Assembly: GCA_965235115.1 (NCBI GenBank)
Contig: OZ249446.1
Span: 5,642,001-5,706,000 of the forward strand
DNA: 64,000 nucleotides
Direction of reading: 5' to 3'
From: Laetmonice hystrix
Lineage: Eukaryota
In this document: positions 26,311 to 38,277 of the stretch, piece after piece
Layout of the letters: each line of letters begins with the position of its first letter
Numbering within the stretch: the stretch's first letter is position 1
The notes under the pieces: generated by a model
The model's input: the letters and a program-made list of their open reading frames with translations, nothing else
Databases searched by the model: none
Told to the model about the DNA's origin: nothing
Made by a program: the position numbers and the translations under genes

Positions 26311-26355
26311 CCTGAGATGTGGCGGACATTTCCCGGGTGGTCAATCACTTTCCAT
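26311..26355 (+). CDS. Candidate 45-nt exon
   Basis: Branch-like CTAAC followed by cacctgccAG acceptor; strong donor CAT|GTAAGT. Reads PEMWRTFPGWSITFH in phase 0 or LRCGGHFPGGQSLS in phase 2. Confidence 0.35.
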
Positions 26356-27253
26356 GTAAGTTACCCGATAATGGACCATGTCCTTTTTTCTGATGGCCTG
26401 CGGTGGTCCCCTGATAGCCAGCCGTTAGTAGTCCGTCCGTCCGTCGGGCCGTCCGACCGACTGTCTGTCTGTTTGTCCACCTGTGGGGCGGCCTGATGGA
26501 CGAGATGAACCACAGCTACAATGAGGGATGTAGTACCTGTTTCTGCCCACAGAGGTCCCTAGTGTAGTTCGCTGGTGGCAGCCAGTTCACATGCTGACCT
26601 TTGCCTGGAAACAGCTGGCTGGCACGTGGTAACCTGCTGCCGTTCATTGCCCTGGAACAATTTTTTAATGTTTCTATCATTTTACACATTCCTGACTCAA
26701 GCACTAAAACACTCACATGACAGGCCTTTCTCAGGAATCAGTCATGACCAGATTGTCAACATTCAAAGTATGTCCCATCGGTGATATTTTGGCGGAATTA
26801 TGTACATAATTCGTCCAAGGTTCTAGCAATATAGGATGACGTTATCCCGAGGCTACTGTAGCTATCCATATGCTATAGCCCTGGCAGGCAGGTGTTGTAA
26901 CATTTTCAATTATATCTCCTCTGGTGTTTTCAATGTCTTGCTTGTGATCAGCCAGGATATGTGGCTCCATGCACTAAAGAAATGCTCAAATATTCCAGTA
27001 AAACACCAGAGATAAATCCATTCTTCTTCTGTTCAGTTCGAGTCATGCCGTATTAAGACAATGTATTATATTGGTCCTAGGATCTAGCCAGAGATCTGGT
27101 AAGCTCATTACTGATTTGGTCCTCCCAGCTGCCATGCTATAAGCACTCTTTGATGTCAATATCCAGGTGTTCCCCTCATCAATACACCTTCTCAGGTGAT
27201 TATCGTATTGACGACACAAATCACTTTGATGGAGGCAGACTGCCTGCTGACAC

Positions 27254-28227
27254 GTGACTGCGATCCATCCCGGCACAAGTCAGCAGGCTGCCATCCTTCC
27301 CGGCACAGGTCAGCTGGCTGTGACTGCCATCCTTCCCGGCACAAGTCAGCAGGCTGTGACTGCCATCCTTCCCGGCACAAGTCAGCATGCTGTGACTGCC
27401 ATCTATCCCGGCACAAGTCAGCAGGCTGTGACTGCCATCCTTCCCGGCACAAGTCAGCAGGCTGTGATAGCCATCCTTCCCGGCACAAGTCAGCAGGCTG
27501 TGACTGCCATCCTTCCCGGCACAAGTCAGCAGGCTGTGACTGCCATCCTTCCCGGCACAAGTCAGCTGGCTGCCATCCATCCCGGCACAAGTCAGCAGGC
27601 TGTGACTGCCATCCTTCCCGGCACAAGTCAGCTGGCTGCCATCCATCCCGGCACAAGTCAGCAGGCTGTGACTGCCATCCTTCCCGGCACAAGTCAGCAG
27701 GCTGTGACTGCCATCCTTCCCGGCACAAGTCAGCTGGCTGCCATCCATCCCGGCACAAGTCAGCAGGCTGTGACTGCCATCCTTCCCGGCACAAGTCAGC
27801 AGGCTGTGACTGCCATCCTTCCCGGCACAAGTCAGCAGGCTGTGACTGCCATCCTTCCCGGCACAAGTCAGCAGGCTGCCATCCATCCCGGCACAAGTCA
27901 GCATGCTGTGACTGCCATCCTTCCCGGCACAAGTCAGCAGGCTGTGACTGCCATCCTTCCCGGCACAAGTCAGCAGGCTGCCATCCATCCCGGCACAGGT
28001 CAGCTGGCTGTGACTGCCATCCTCCCCGGCACAAGTCAGCAAGCTGTGTTTGTCATCCCTCTCGGCACAAGTCAGCAGGCTGTGACTGCCATCCATCCCG
28101 GCACAAGTCAGCAGGCTGTGACTGCCATCCATCCCGGCACAAGTCAGCAGGCTGTGACTGCCATCCGTCCCGGCACAAGTCAGCATGCTGTGACTGCCAT
28201 CCATCCCGGCACAAGTCAGCAGGCTGT
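27254..28227. repeat. Minisatellite with mixed 36-bp and 30-bp units, ~28 copies
   Basis: GCAGGCTGTGACTGCCATCCTTCCCGGCACAAGTCA; the 30-bp form lacks GTGACT. Confidence 0.98.
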
Positions 28228-28778
28228 CGAATAGTCCGGTGGAAGGACTTCTCTTTTCGTATGGTGTGGGAGTGATCCGGCCGGGGAGGGGGATTCTATA
28301 TCTATATTCTTACCCGTGACGTCACTTGAGCCTCCTATTCACTCCCTCCCCCAACCTCCTCCACACGAATCCTAGCAGACCACCAGAATCAGAGACTTAA
28401 GTCTTTCTTGTCATTGTCATATCACTGCGGCACGAATGAAATCCGGATCAGTGCCCGCGGAGATGGTAGAGGATTACAGCCAACAAAAATAGCTCCTTTT
28501 CTGATACTTCTTCGAAATCCACATCGACCACTGACCAAAAACCACGTTAAAGGAAATAGATCTAAACAGCAAAAGCCAAAGGAAACGTTAAACCGTGCTT
28601 ACGACGTTTCTACAATCATACGTTTGTCTGTCTTTGCGGGGCGTGGCAAGGTACGAGGTCTACACTGGCAAACTCGCTAACTCGGGCGTATGAATCGGAA
28701 AGACTTTACACAATCAGTCGGCGAGGTCTCCGATTTGGACATTTGCGATGAGATTTGGGCGGCATCCTCTAAGTTAGT

Positions 28779-28905
28779 GACGGACCCTAGCCTGTAAGAC
28801 GGGCCCTAGCCAGTAAGACGGGCCCTAGCCAGTAAGACGGGCCCTAGCCGGCAAGACGGGCCCTAGCCAGTAAGACGGGCCCTCCTAGCCAGTAAGACGG
28901 GTACT
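28779..28905. repeat. 19-bp tandem repeat, ~6 copies
   Basis: CCCTAGCCAGTAAGACGGG. Confidence 0.95.
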
Positions 28906-30023
28906 AGCGAGTTCACCAACAAGTACCCGTGGCGGCCCCTATCGTGTCGGAGTGTGGACTACCTCCAGCCACAGCCGTGGTCAAGTTACAGTCAAAGCGG
29001 TCGCCACTTCCCCAGTCTCTTCGTCAACCTACGACCGCTCCCTCTCAGCCATCCCTATACCTCTGCTCCTACCACCGGCTCACTATTCATAACATAAACA
29101 TCATCTTATGACACAACCATTCCCCAATGTGGCTTCAGTTTCCCCTGGTAAACATGACTAACATGCTTTCTATACCACCTCGGAAAAAAACCACAGGGTA
29201 CGTCATTGCCTGCCGTTCGTACCAGAAACACTTTGTCGGCACTATACTTTCTCTCTTGTTACCATGGTGATGACAAATTTACCGTCGGTGTCGTACAAAG
29301 TTAGTGAAAGGTTGATTACTGTTACCCCACCACCGGGCTGCGACCTCAGGGTGAGCTGAGTTAGTCTGGTGGAGGGTAACTCCACCCCACCCCAACCATT
29401 ACATCACTTTACACAATCTCAACGCTCCACAACCTACACCCGAAATATATGGGGGTTGTGTTACCGCAACAGGTTACTTTTAGTAGAGTCGCTCCTTAAA
29501 TAGTTTAAAGACTGTTTCTTGTCAACACTTCCCGTATATATTTCGCCCAGCAGACCCTCCCATGATTCATTTTATAAAAGACAACGCTCCCTAAACAGAA
29601 ATTTATCATGGTATCGCACAATGACTAGAACCAAAGAATGTGGCCTCTAAGTTAAAGAAATGCTAAGTTTGTCAGATACCAAAGCCTCTTGATAGCAAGT
29701 CAATACTACCAATGCACCCCTCATCCAGCTGTAGGTAGACATTAGAAAAGATGGGAATGTCCAGGCCTACAGTACATGTATCGTACGGAGGGTTCCTACG
29801 ACAGATATGGATGGTAGCGCACTCATTGCTGACGGATGGGGATGGAGCTCAATGCTGGCGTCAAATGGAAATATCTAGGTACTAATATGTTTGAAAAAAA
29901 TGAGTTTGATGTTTCTTTAAACTTACTATCTTATTCCGCATCTCTCTACATCTCTCTCCCCAACAACAACAACAAAATACAAGAAGAATGATTGTAGTTG
30001 CCTAAGTATGGTGGGGTGGTCGT

Positions 30024-30185
30024 GGGCTCTAGTGGCCTAGTGGTCTAAGGCTCATGACACCAAGGATCATCGACTCACACCACTGCGGTCCGGGTTCGAT
30101 CCCCGGCCAGGGCTGCATGTGTGAAAGGTTTTTCAGTCAGTTCCTTCCCGAAAGCAAGGCGTAAAACCCCATGTTCATTATTCCT
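30024..30185 (+). mobile_element. tRNA-derived SINE (internally shortened)
   Basis: A-box TGGCCTAGTGG at ~30033 and B-box GGTTCGATCCC at ~30093, then a non-tRNA body (GCATGTGTGAAAGGTTTTTCAG) and a GGCGTAAAACCCC tail. No tRNA acceptor stem. Confidence 0.7.
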
Positions 30186-30421
30186 TTCTAAAGACAGGTG
30201 TACCTGTTTTCCGTACATTTGATGTCAGAACCAGAGGACCTACTCCGTCCTACTTCCACACCCCGATATCTGCTCGTTTTCCAAAGCCCTGGATCCGCCC
30301 CCTGTTAGGACTGGTTACAGAAACCCCGACGGCTATTCCAAGATGTCCGTCGGAAGACCAACAACCCCCACCATCACAAGTCGTGAATCCCAGCCCGTCT
30401 ATATGTAACATGACGTCACAG

Positions 30422-30478
30422 GCATTCATTACGACAGTGGTTGGAATACTGCTGGTCAAGTTCTCAATCCGTTTAGAG
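30422..30478 (+). CDS. Candidate exon (GIHYDSGWNTAGQVLNPFR)
   Basis: Acceptor gacgtcacAG, consensus donor GAG|GTGAGT. Reading frame ambiguous. Confidence 0.3.
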
Positions 30479-31709
30479 GTGAGTGTAGATGACTAATCAG
30501 TCAGGTATTAGACCATCTTTCCAACCCAAACCCCGTCTCCGTGAGTGACCGCCACCGGAGAGATCCCCCCCCCCCCGATAACATGACACTAATAGCTGCT
30601 GTGACCTGACAGGTCCATTTACACGAATTGTTACAGTCAACCACGGTCGACCGCCAGTAATGGGAGTCAACCAATGTTTCCCACTCTGGGGTACTGGCGT
30701 CGGTCAGCCCGGAAAACAATGGATTTACTGACTGCTCGCTGATGAAATGGAACCATACTCTGTCAGTAATGAAATTACGGGAGGCAGTTTGACGATATCA
30801 TTCCTGGGAGGGTTTAGATCACCCCCCTCCCTCCACACACACACAACGGCCTGTTATCTCCGAGCCAATCTATCACAGGGACCCTGTCATCAAACGTCAG
30901 AACCCCACACATTTAACTGTTATGGTGACAATTGAATCTGGGATGATGCGATGGATTTCTCTCATGTATTCATACCGGATCAATTTATTTCATTTCTGAG
31001 GCTCAAATAAAGCTGAAATGGGTTTCTTTCACTCGCAGATTGAATCACTGCTACTTGATTTAAACTTTAAACACGTTTACATAACCTAATCATAATCAAA
31101 CCGAAACTGAGCAGTCATAATCGTGACGTTCAAAAGAAAACGTAGGATTCGATTTTAATTTTCGAGATCTGACCAATGAAACCCAGAGTGGTCATGGCTG
31201 TACCCAGTGGATCACTGACTACTACTGGTAATCCCCGGGGTAACCCGCCCCCATCTCGGCCTGCCAGCCAAGCTGGCGCCAGGCCTCCAATATTAAACAG
31301 GTAACGACCCTGTGCTACAGCAAACACCCAATTTAAATCCAACCCCACCCGTCCCCTGGGAATGTTACTGGTGCAAACATGGAACCGGCTGGAGTCGTCA
31401 TGATCCTCGTGCTTCATCCCAATCTACTGAGTGCTCGGTTCAGTGTGGACACAACTCTACCCAGGGTCCACACCCCCTCCCCTCTATCATTAGTTAAATA
31501 CACCCGGTACACAGTAAAACATCGTTGTGGTACGGACATCGCATTGTCACCCTATTACGGTGATGACAAAAGCGGGGATCATACCTCGGTGTTTGGGACG
31601 TGAATGTGGGAAACTCCTGTTCTGAGATGGACCCCACACTCCTGCTACATCACAAACACAGCGGTCGTGTGGAGTGGACGTGCAGGGTTTGTATGTGTTT
31701 ACTCATTAC

Positions 31710-31890
31710 ACCGCTGCCCTCGTGTTTTCCAAGGTTAAGTGGGGGAGCGTGTTGGGGTAGCTGAGAATATTGCGGCTGTCTCCACGTCCAGTCAATGTTA
31801 GCATTGGTCGGTGGTAAATAGGAGCTCCATTAAGCCTGACGTTGGCCCACCGACTGGCCTGGGTGGTGGCCGTGAGGTCGTCGGCTGGTC
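31710..31890 (-). CDS. Candidate exon (GPADDLTATTQASRWANVRLNGAPIYHRPMLTLTGRGDSRNILSYPNTLPHLTLENTRAA)
   Basis: Acceptor tggtgttttAG, donor GT|GTAATG just before the stop, phase 1-2. Confidence 0.35.
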
Positions 31891-32148
31891 CTAAAACACC
31901 AACAACCACTGACAACTATCCACTAGCTCATCCCAAACAACCGTCTCCACTTCTCCGGGGGTCTGGGCAGACTTGACCGGCTTGCAGTAATTTGTCTCCG
32001 CACAAACTGAAATTGACGATGACTTTCACAACACAACTCCAGCTGGCAGGTCAGAGCGCTGGGGGCCGTGAGCACGGTTTAACCAGTCAGAATGTCTGCA
32101 CGGGACCATACACTGATTATGTCCAACATGAAGTTCACCGCCTTCTAG

Positions 32149-32253
32149 AAGGTTCTCACTGACAGTCCCGACACTTTCACCTTCAAACTGATGGTGGCTG
32201 AAACACCATCCTCCCACGTCTTGTGTAATTATTATACGTGCCATTACTGGCAG
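32149..32253 (+). CDS. Candidate exon (KVLTDSPDTFTFKLMVAETPSSHVLCNYYTCHYWQ)
   Basis: Acceptor ccgccttctAG, donor CAG|GTGCGC. The frame stays open to 32526. Confidence 0.25.
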
Positions 32254-32493
32254 GTGCGCTGGAAGAGTCATTTTCTCAATATAGCACACCCTGGCATCAC
32301 AAGTTACATTATCCTTACTCTATACGGGCCTAACGTAACCTGTATTACCAGTAGAGTGTTATACGTACGCACTGCATTCGTCGGTGGCGCTCTCCTGCTT
32401 CATGCTTTAAATGAGATCTCGACGCCGCCTCGAGCCTACAGGGCACGAAGTACGTTAGCCTTCCCTCGTGCAATATCCACTGAGGATATCCGG

Positions 32494-32848
32494 CATGCCA
32501 CGTTAACAGGACAAGGACTAGTGTAACGACAAAACCACAGGACGGTCCGCCTTCAAGGTGACATGCCACGTTAACAGGACAAGGACTAGTGTAACGATAA
32601 CACCACAGAACGTCCCAACCACAGGACGGTCCGCCTTCAAGGTGACATGCCACGTTAACAGGACAAGGACTAGTGAAACGATAAAACCACAAAACGGCCC
32701 GCCTTCAAGGTGGCATGCCACGTTAACAGGACAAGGACTACTGAAACGATAAAACCACAGGACGGTCCGCCTTCAAGGTGGCATGCCACGTTAACAGGAC
32801 AAGGACTAGTGAAACGATAAAACCACAGAACGGCCCGCCTTCAAGGTT
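32494..32848. repeat. Minisatellite, 68-bp unit, ~5 copies
   Basis: CATGCCACGTTAACAGGACAAGG at 32494, 32562, 32646, 32714 and 32782. Confidence 0.95.
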
Positions 32849-35357
32849 CACGAGCCCCCATTACCAGATAATGTTTATTTCATGAAACTCATTACGACCC
32901 ACGCCAAGCTCTTATTACGCTGTTAGCACATCATGTCCAATACATTTACACTTTATCTGTGAATCTGTCGGAACCCCAGATGACGAATGCGTTTTCTTTC
33001 AAAACTACGACTTTTAAAAACCTCCTAATTCGTGAATTAATAATACTCTCAACTTTACTTTCAAATAAGGTAACTAAAGTAACAATAGGAGAGATAAATA
33101 TAATTGTCAACCGATTCCTTGGTTTCCCAACCATCAACGACTCGTGCTGTACTTAGACTAAGTGCATTACGATATGCAAACCTGGTTAACGACTAGAAGA
33201 AGTCTCTAATTCTCGTATCCTATGACTTTCCTAGAAGAAAGTGTCCGTCCCCTGGTGAGGTTGTTTTGCGATTTAAGTTGCTCCCACACAAAGTTTATGG
33301 AAATCCAATCGCCTTCTGTGCTTTGGTTGAAACCTCATCTTCCTCTCAATCAAGGGGCATTTTACAATGATGCCATTGTTACCATGGTGACGGTCCAGCA
33401 ACGCCCCACGGGAAGACTTTCAGGGAAATTGGTTTTGTTTTTAGTTGTTTGAAATTGATTGAATTGGATTTGGAAGTCAACACAGCGCTGAATAAAGTTC
33501 TATTAGTGTCATTTCCGGTCAGGTAATGCCGGATTTACTAACAGTTCATTTTCATTTCCATTAGTGGTTGCGTGTATAGGTAGGATAACCGATCTATCAA
33601 AAGTGCCTTTCACAGCAATTTTTATATTTACCTATATATGCATTCACTATGAGCAACACTTAAAGGTGAACACTTGTGTTTCCTGTCTTGGTGCAATCAA
33701 ATTCCATCGTCCTGAAACGTACACCCAATCAAACTAAGGGAGCACAGAAACCTTCCTACCCCACTCAGAGGTAATATGTATACCGCTTTAACCTTGAGTA
33801 AATTAGTAATGTACACTCAACAATAATATCCCCCCTAACAACAACAGGTAGATAAAATGACAGTGGGAGAAAACAAGCTCATCTTTCCGATGACCACACC
33901 TGGCGTTTCCAATGATTGTGGTTGAAAGTCACGCGAGCTTTGACACGCAGGACTAAAACGGTTCTGTAGAAACCTTAATTAAAATCTCTGCTATTGGATC
34001 TAATTAATCCAATAACACTTCTTGAAGGTGAATTAATAAAATAACGCTTGCAATAGTTTTCCCCACTAGTCCCTAAAAATGCACATTATCATATCTCCGG
34101 ATTTCTCCCAGCAAGCAAGTGCTAGGGAGATGGGAACGCCACTCCTTTCCACTTCCGTCAAAAATGACGATTTGGAGTCCCCGTCCTTTTCAAACTCTCA
34201 ACAATTGTAACTTGTTCTTGCGACATTTCGAGTTTTACTATACCCGCTAACTTACAAGTGTATAGTCGAACGGATCGGGACCAACAGAAAAAATGGCGGT
34301 AAGATGTCTGAAAAAGGTCATGTTTGCTCTGCCATAGGGATCATGTTATCGTGGTAGAGTCAGCCGTGGCCAGGACCCCACAACCTCCCACGCAATGCCC
34401 GACAACCTCTTGAGGATATAGTGTTTGTGTAGATTATTTGTTCTCTATCGTTTTTTTTTAAACATGAGAGTTTTTGCGGGCGACAGCTGTGTGTGCGTGA
34501 CCACCCATGAACACTGAACACTACTACCAGCGAGGGTGTGCATCATTTCTTTTCTACCAGCAACTTTTTAAAGATAACCTCATGAATTCTACACGAACTT
34601 AATAACTTGCGACAGGTCATATGAAAAACGCGTTTCAGGTCATACAACATCACTTCCTCTTTCATTTGCGCGGAACTCTTGCAAAATCTTTGTCAATCGT
34701 TAGGCCTATACCTTTCTGCTCATTAATTACCAAAGTGACCCTACTCAAGGCTCCAAAAGTTGTCAAGTATCATTGTATCCCCATAGTTTTATTATACATT
34801 GTATATCACATAAGATAAGTCAGGTTGATCATTTCAAAACTTCAACCCTTTGATCATGCATGTCTATACGCTACACCAAACCAAACTATAAGTTTACTTT
34901 GTCCTGATATCAGCTTTGACTTTATCTGTCACAAAAACCTCAGTTCTTCCATCTAAGAGGCTAGCATGAAGAAACTTGTTTGGCGCATGCACACCGAATC
35001 AATCGCCATCGCTAAAGTACACGCAGTGTTTCAAATATCGCCATTTACACAGCATGCACGCACACCCTTACATGTTACACGACCCGTTTTACCACCATCG
35101 CCGACGACAGGCTCTTGCTGGCAAACATGTTATTTTGTTGCTGTCTGATGTAGAGTTGATCGGAGCCCGCTTTGATCAGGGTTAAGTACCAAAGCCAGAA
35201 CTTTGATGTCTCTACTGACGGTATTAATCCTTCAGTCCTCTGTGATGTCTCCTGAGACAAGGAGCCGTCATGCACCTAAGTGTAGGTTCTCACTTATACC
35301 AACAACGCTTTGTGATAGGTGGCCAGGCTTAACGTTAGAAGTGATAGGTATCTGCCG

Positions 35358-37054
35358 TACATGACGCCCAGCCTGACAGATATTGTACAGATGTGGCCGT
35401 AGATGACGCCCAACCTTACAGATATTGTACAGGTGTGGCCGTAGATGACGCCCAACCTGACAGAGATATTGTACAGATGTGGCCGTAGATGACGCCCAAC
35501 CTGACAGAGATATTATACAGTTGTGGCCGTAGATGACGCCCAACCCGACATATATTGTACAGATGTGGCCGTAGATGACGCCCAACCTGACAGAGATATT
35601 ATACAGTTGTGGCCGTAGATGACGCCCAACCTGACAGAGATATTGTACAGATGTGGCCGTAGATGACGCCCAACCTGACAGAGATATTATACAGGTGTGG
35701 CCGTAGATGACGCCCAACCTGACAGAGATATTGTACAGATGTGGCCGTAGATGACGCCCAACCTGACAGAGATATTATACAGGTGTGGCCGTAGATGACG
35801 CCCAACCTGACAGAGATATTGTACAGATGTGGCCGTAGATGACGCCCAACCTGACAGAGATATTATACAGGTGTGGCCGTAGATGACGCCCAACCTGACA
35901 GAGATATTATACAGATGTGGCCGTAGATGACGCCCAACCTGACAGAGATATTATACAGGTGTGGCCGTAGATGACGCCCAACCTGACAGAGATATTATAC
36001 AGGTGTGGCCGTAGATGACGCCCAACCTGACAGAGATATTATACAGGTGTGGCCGTAGATGACGCCCAACCTTACAGATATTGTACAGGTGTGGCCGTAG
36101 ATGACGCCCAACCCGACAGATATTATACAGGTGTGGCCGTAGATGACGCCCAACCCGACAGATATTGTACAGGTGTGGCCGTAGGTGACGCCCAACCTGA
36201 CAGATATTGTACAGGTGTGGCCGTAGATGACGCCCAACCTGACAGATGTTGTACAGGTGTGGCCGTAGATGACGCCCAACCTGACAGATATTGTACAGGT
36301 GTGGCCGTAGATGACGCCCGACCCGACCAATATTGTACAGGTGTGGCCGTAGATGACGCCCAACCTGACAGATATTATACAGGTGTGGCCGTAGATGACG
36401 CCCAACCTGACAGATATTGTACAGGTGTGGCCGTAGATGACGCCCAACCGGACAGATATTATACAGGTGTGGCCGTAGATGACGCCCAACCTGACAGATA
36501 TTGTACAGGTGTGGCCGTAGATGACGCCCGACCCGACCGATATTGTGCAGGTGTGGCCGTAGATGACGCCCAACCTGACAGATATTATACAGGTGTGGCC
36601 GTAGATGATGCCCGACCTGACAGATATTGTACAGGTGTGGCCGTCGATGACGCCCAACCTGACAGATATTGTACAGGTGTGGCCGTAGATGACGCCCAAC
36701 CTGACAGATATTGTACAGGTGTGGCCGTAGATGACGCCCAATCTGACAGATATTGTACAGGTGTGGCCGTAGATGACGCCCAACCCGACAGATATTGTAC
36801 AGGTGTGGCCGTAGATGACGCCCAACCTGACAGATATTGTACAGGTGTGGCCGTAGATGACGCCCAACCTGACAGATATTGTGCAGGTGTGGCCGTAGAT
36901 GACGCCCAATCTGACAGATATTGTACAGGTGTGGCCGTAGATGACGCCCAACCTGACAGATATTGTACAGGTGTGGCCGTAGATGACGCCCAACCTGACA
37001 GATATTGTACAGGTGTGGCCGTAGATGACGCCCAATCTGACAGATATTGTGCAG
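35358..37054. repeat. Minisatellite, 42/44-bp units, ~39 copies
   Basis: GATATTGTACAGGTGTGGCCGTAGATGACGCCCAACCTGACA. 44-bp (extra GA) units dominate the left part and 42-bp units the right. Confidence 0.98.
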
Positions 37055-37144
37055 GTGTGGAGATGGCCGCCTGGTGTTTGCAACGGCGAAGGAGAGGAAG
37101 AAGTTGAGATAATACCGACGAGATACTCAGGGACACAGATTGAG
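37055..37144 (+). CDS. Candidate exon (VWRWPPGVCNGEGEEEVEIIPTRYSGTQIE)
   Basis: Acceptor attgtgcAG is the last unit of the array; donor GAG|GTAGGC; 90 nt, phase 0-0. Confidence 0.3.
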
Positions 37145-38090
37145 GTAGGCCTAATTTCCAGGAGCCTTTGACTTTTTTAGGCAACTAGCGAAAGGGAGGG
37201 GGGTGATCAAGTTAGGGATGCTGATACTTCTACAGTGACTGAGATCTCTGTTCTTTTCGGTATACACAGGGGTACACGTAGATCTCCTGACCACTGCCTT
37301 GTCAAAACCTGAATACCAATGGCTCAATATTGAAGTGACAACTGAGTCCAGGAGGAGCGAATGTCTCTTTTTAAAAGCACCCTTGTTATGTATACAGTAT
37401 ACACTGCAGCCTAACCAGGTGAGCTGGCCAGTTTGTGCCGAGTTTGGCATACTGCGACCATGAAGTGGGTCAATGATTTCACAACGCCTGGTATAATTAC
37501 CCATTGTCTCTTCCTTTCACTATCACTAAACGACCAGCACATTGCCATTGTATGGAGATTACCACTACCACAAGGCGCCCCAACCCGAGCCGATCTCCGA
37601 GCAGTTGGTAACTCCACACTGTCACACTCACACATGCCTTGGTAGCGTTTACTTCCAGTTTGTACTACCTGGATTGTGGCCAAGTATCTTGTATTGACGG
37701 TATACATCCAGGGTTGATAAAAACTCTCTATAAAACTAGTCACGACTAACCCTCACCTGTGGTATCTCGGTTTGGTCTCCCTTGTATGCAGCGTATGTAT
37801 CAGTTCATTCAAATTTAAACATTATATCATACAGTAAAGGTAAATATAAACGGAACAGTGCCTGATGACTAATAAAAACCATCTTTTTCCAACCAGTTGT
37901 CATGACTCTGATGGCAGCCTTGACCTAGCTGTCAATGTCCCCTTCCAGCTGGTTCACAGACTATGACACACTTTGTGGAATGAATGCCAGATCTCTTGTG
38001 GATGCGTTGGGAGAAAGAAAGCCCACGTTATGTTATCAGTCTAAATCAAATCTACTCGGTGTATAGTGCTGCATGCGGCCTTTCTCTGCT

Positions 38091-38277
38091 TCTGATTGTA
38101 TTTGTAAATAACGTTCCATCTGATTGTATTTGTAAATAACGTTCCATCTGATTGTATTTGTAAATAACGTTCCATCTGATTGTATTTGTAAATAACGTTC
38201 CATCTGATTGTATTTGTAAATAACGTTCCATCTGATTGTATTTGTAAATAACGTTCCATCTGATTGTATTTGTAAAT
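38091..38277. repeat. 28-bp tandem repeat, ~6.7 copies
   Basis: CTGATTGTATTTGTAAATAACGTTCCAT. Confidence 0.97.

Noticed and set aside
26318-26355. DVADISRVVNHFP, resembling the TTLL NHFP motif
   Set aside because: That frame has a stop just upstream and would need a poor GAG acceptor; no other TTLL exons found.
27192-28275. Four 280-359 aa ORFs, including a Cys/His-rich (CDCHPSRHKSAG)n that looks like a metal-binding protein
   Set aside because: 36- and 30-bp units keep several frames open on both strands automatically. No frame stands out and there is no independent gene context.
28990-29030. Cadherin-like VDEETGEVATAL on the minus strand
   Set aside because: Thirteen residues, poor acceptor, immediate stop, no other cadherin motifs.
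30024-30110. tRNA gene
   Set aside because: A and B boxes are present, but there is no cloverleaf or acceptor stem and it runs into a SINE body.
35995-37107. 352-362 aa repeat ORFs (RYCTGVAVDDAQPD)n
   Set aside because: Product of the 42-bp unit. Substitutions are mostly non-synonymous and adjacent 44-bp units break the frame.
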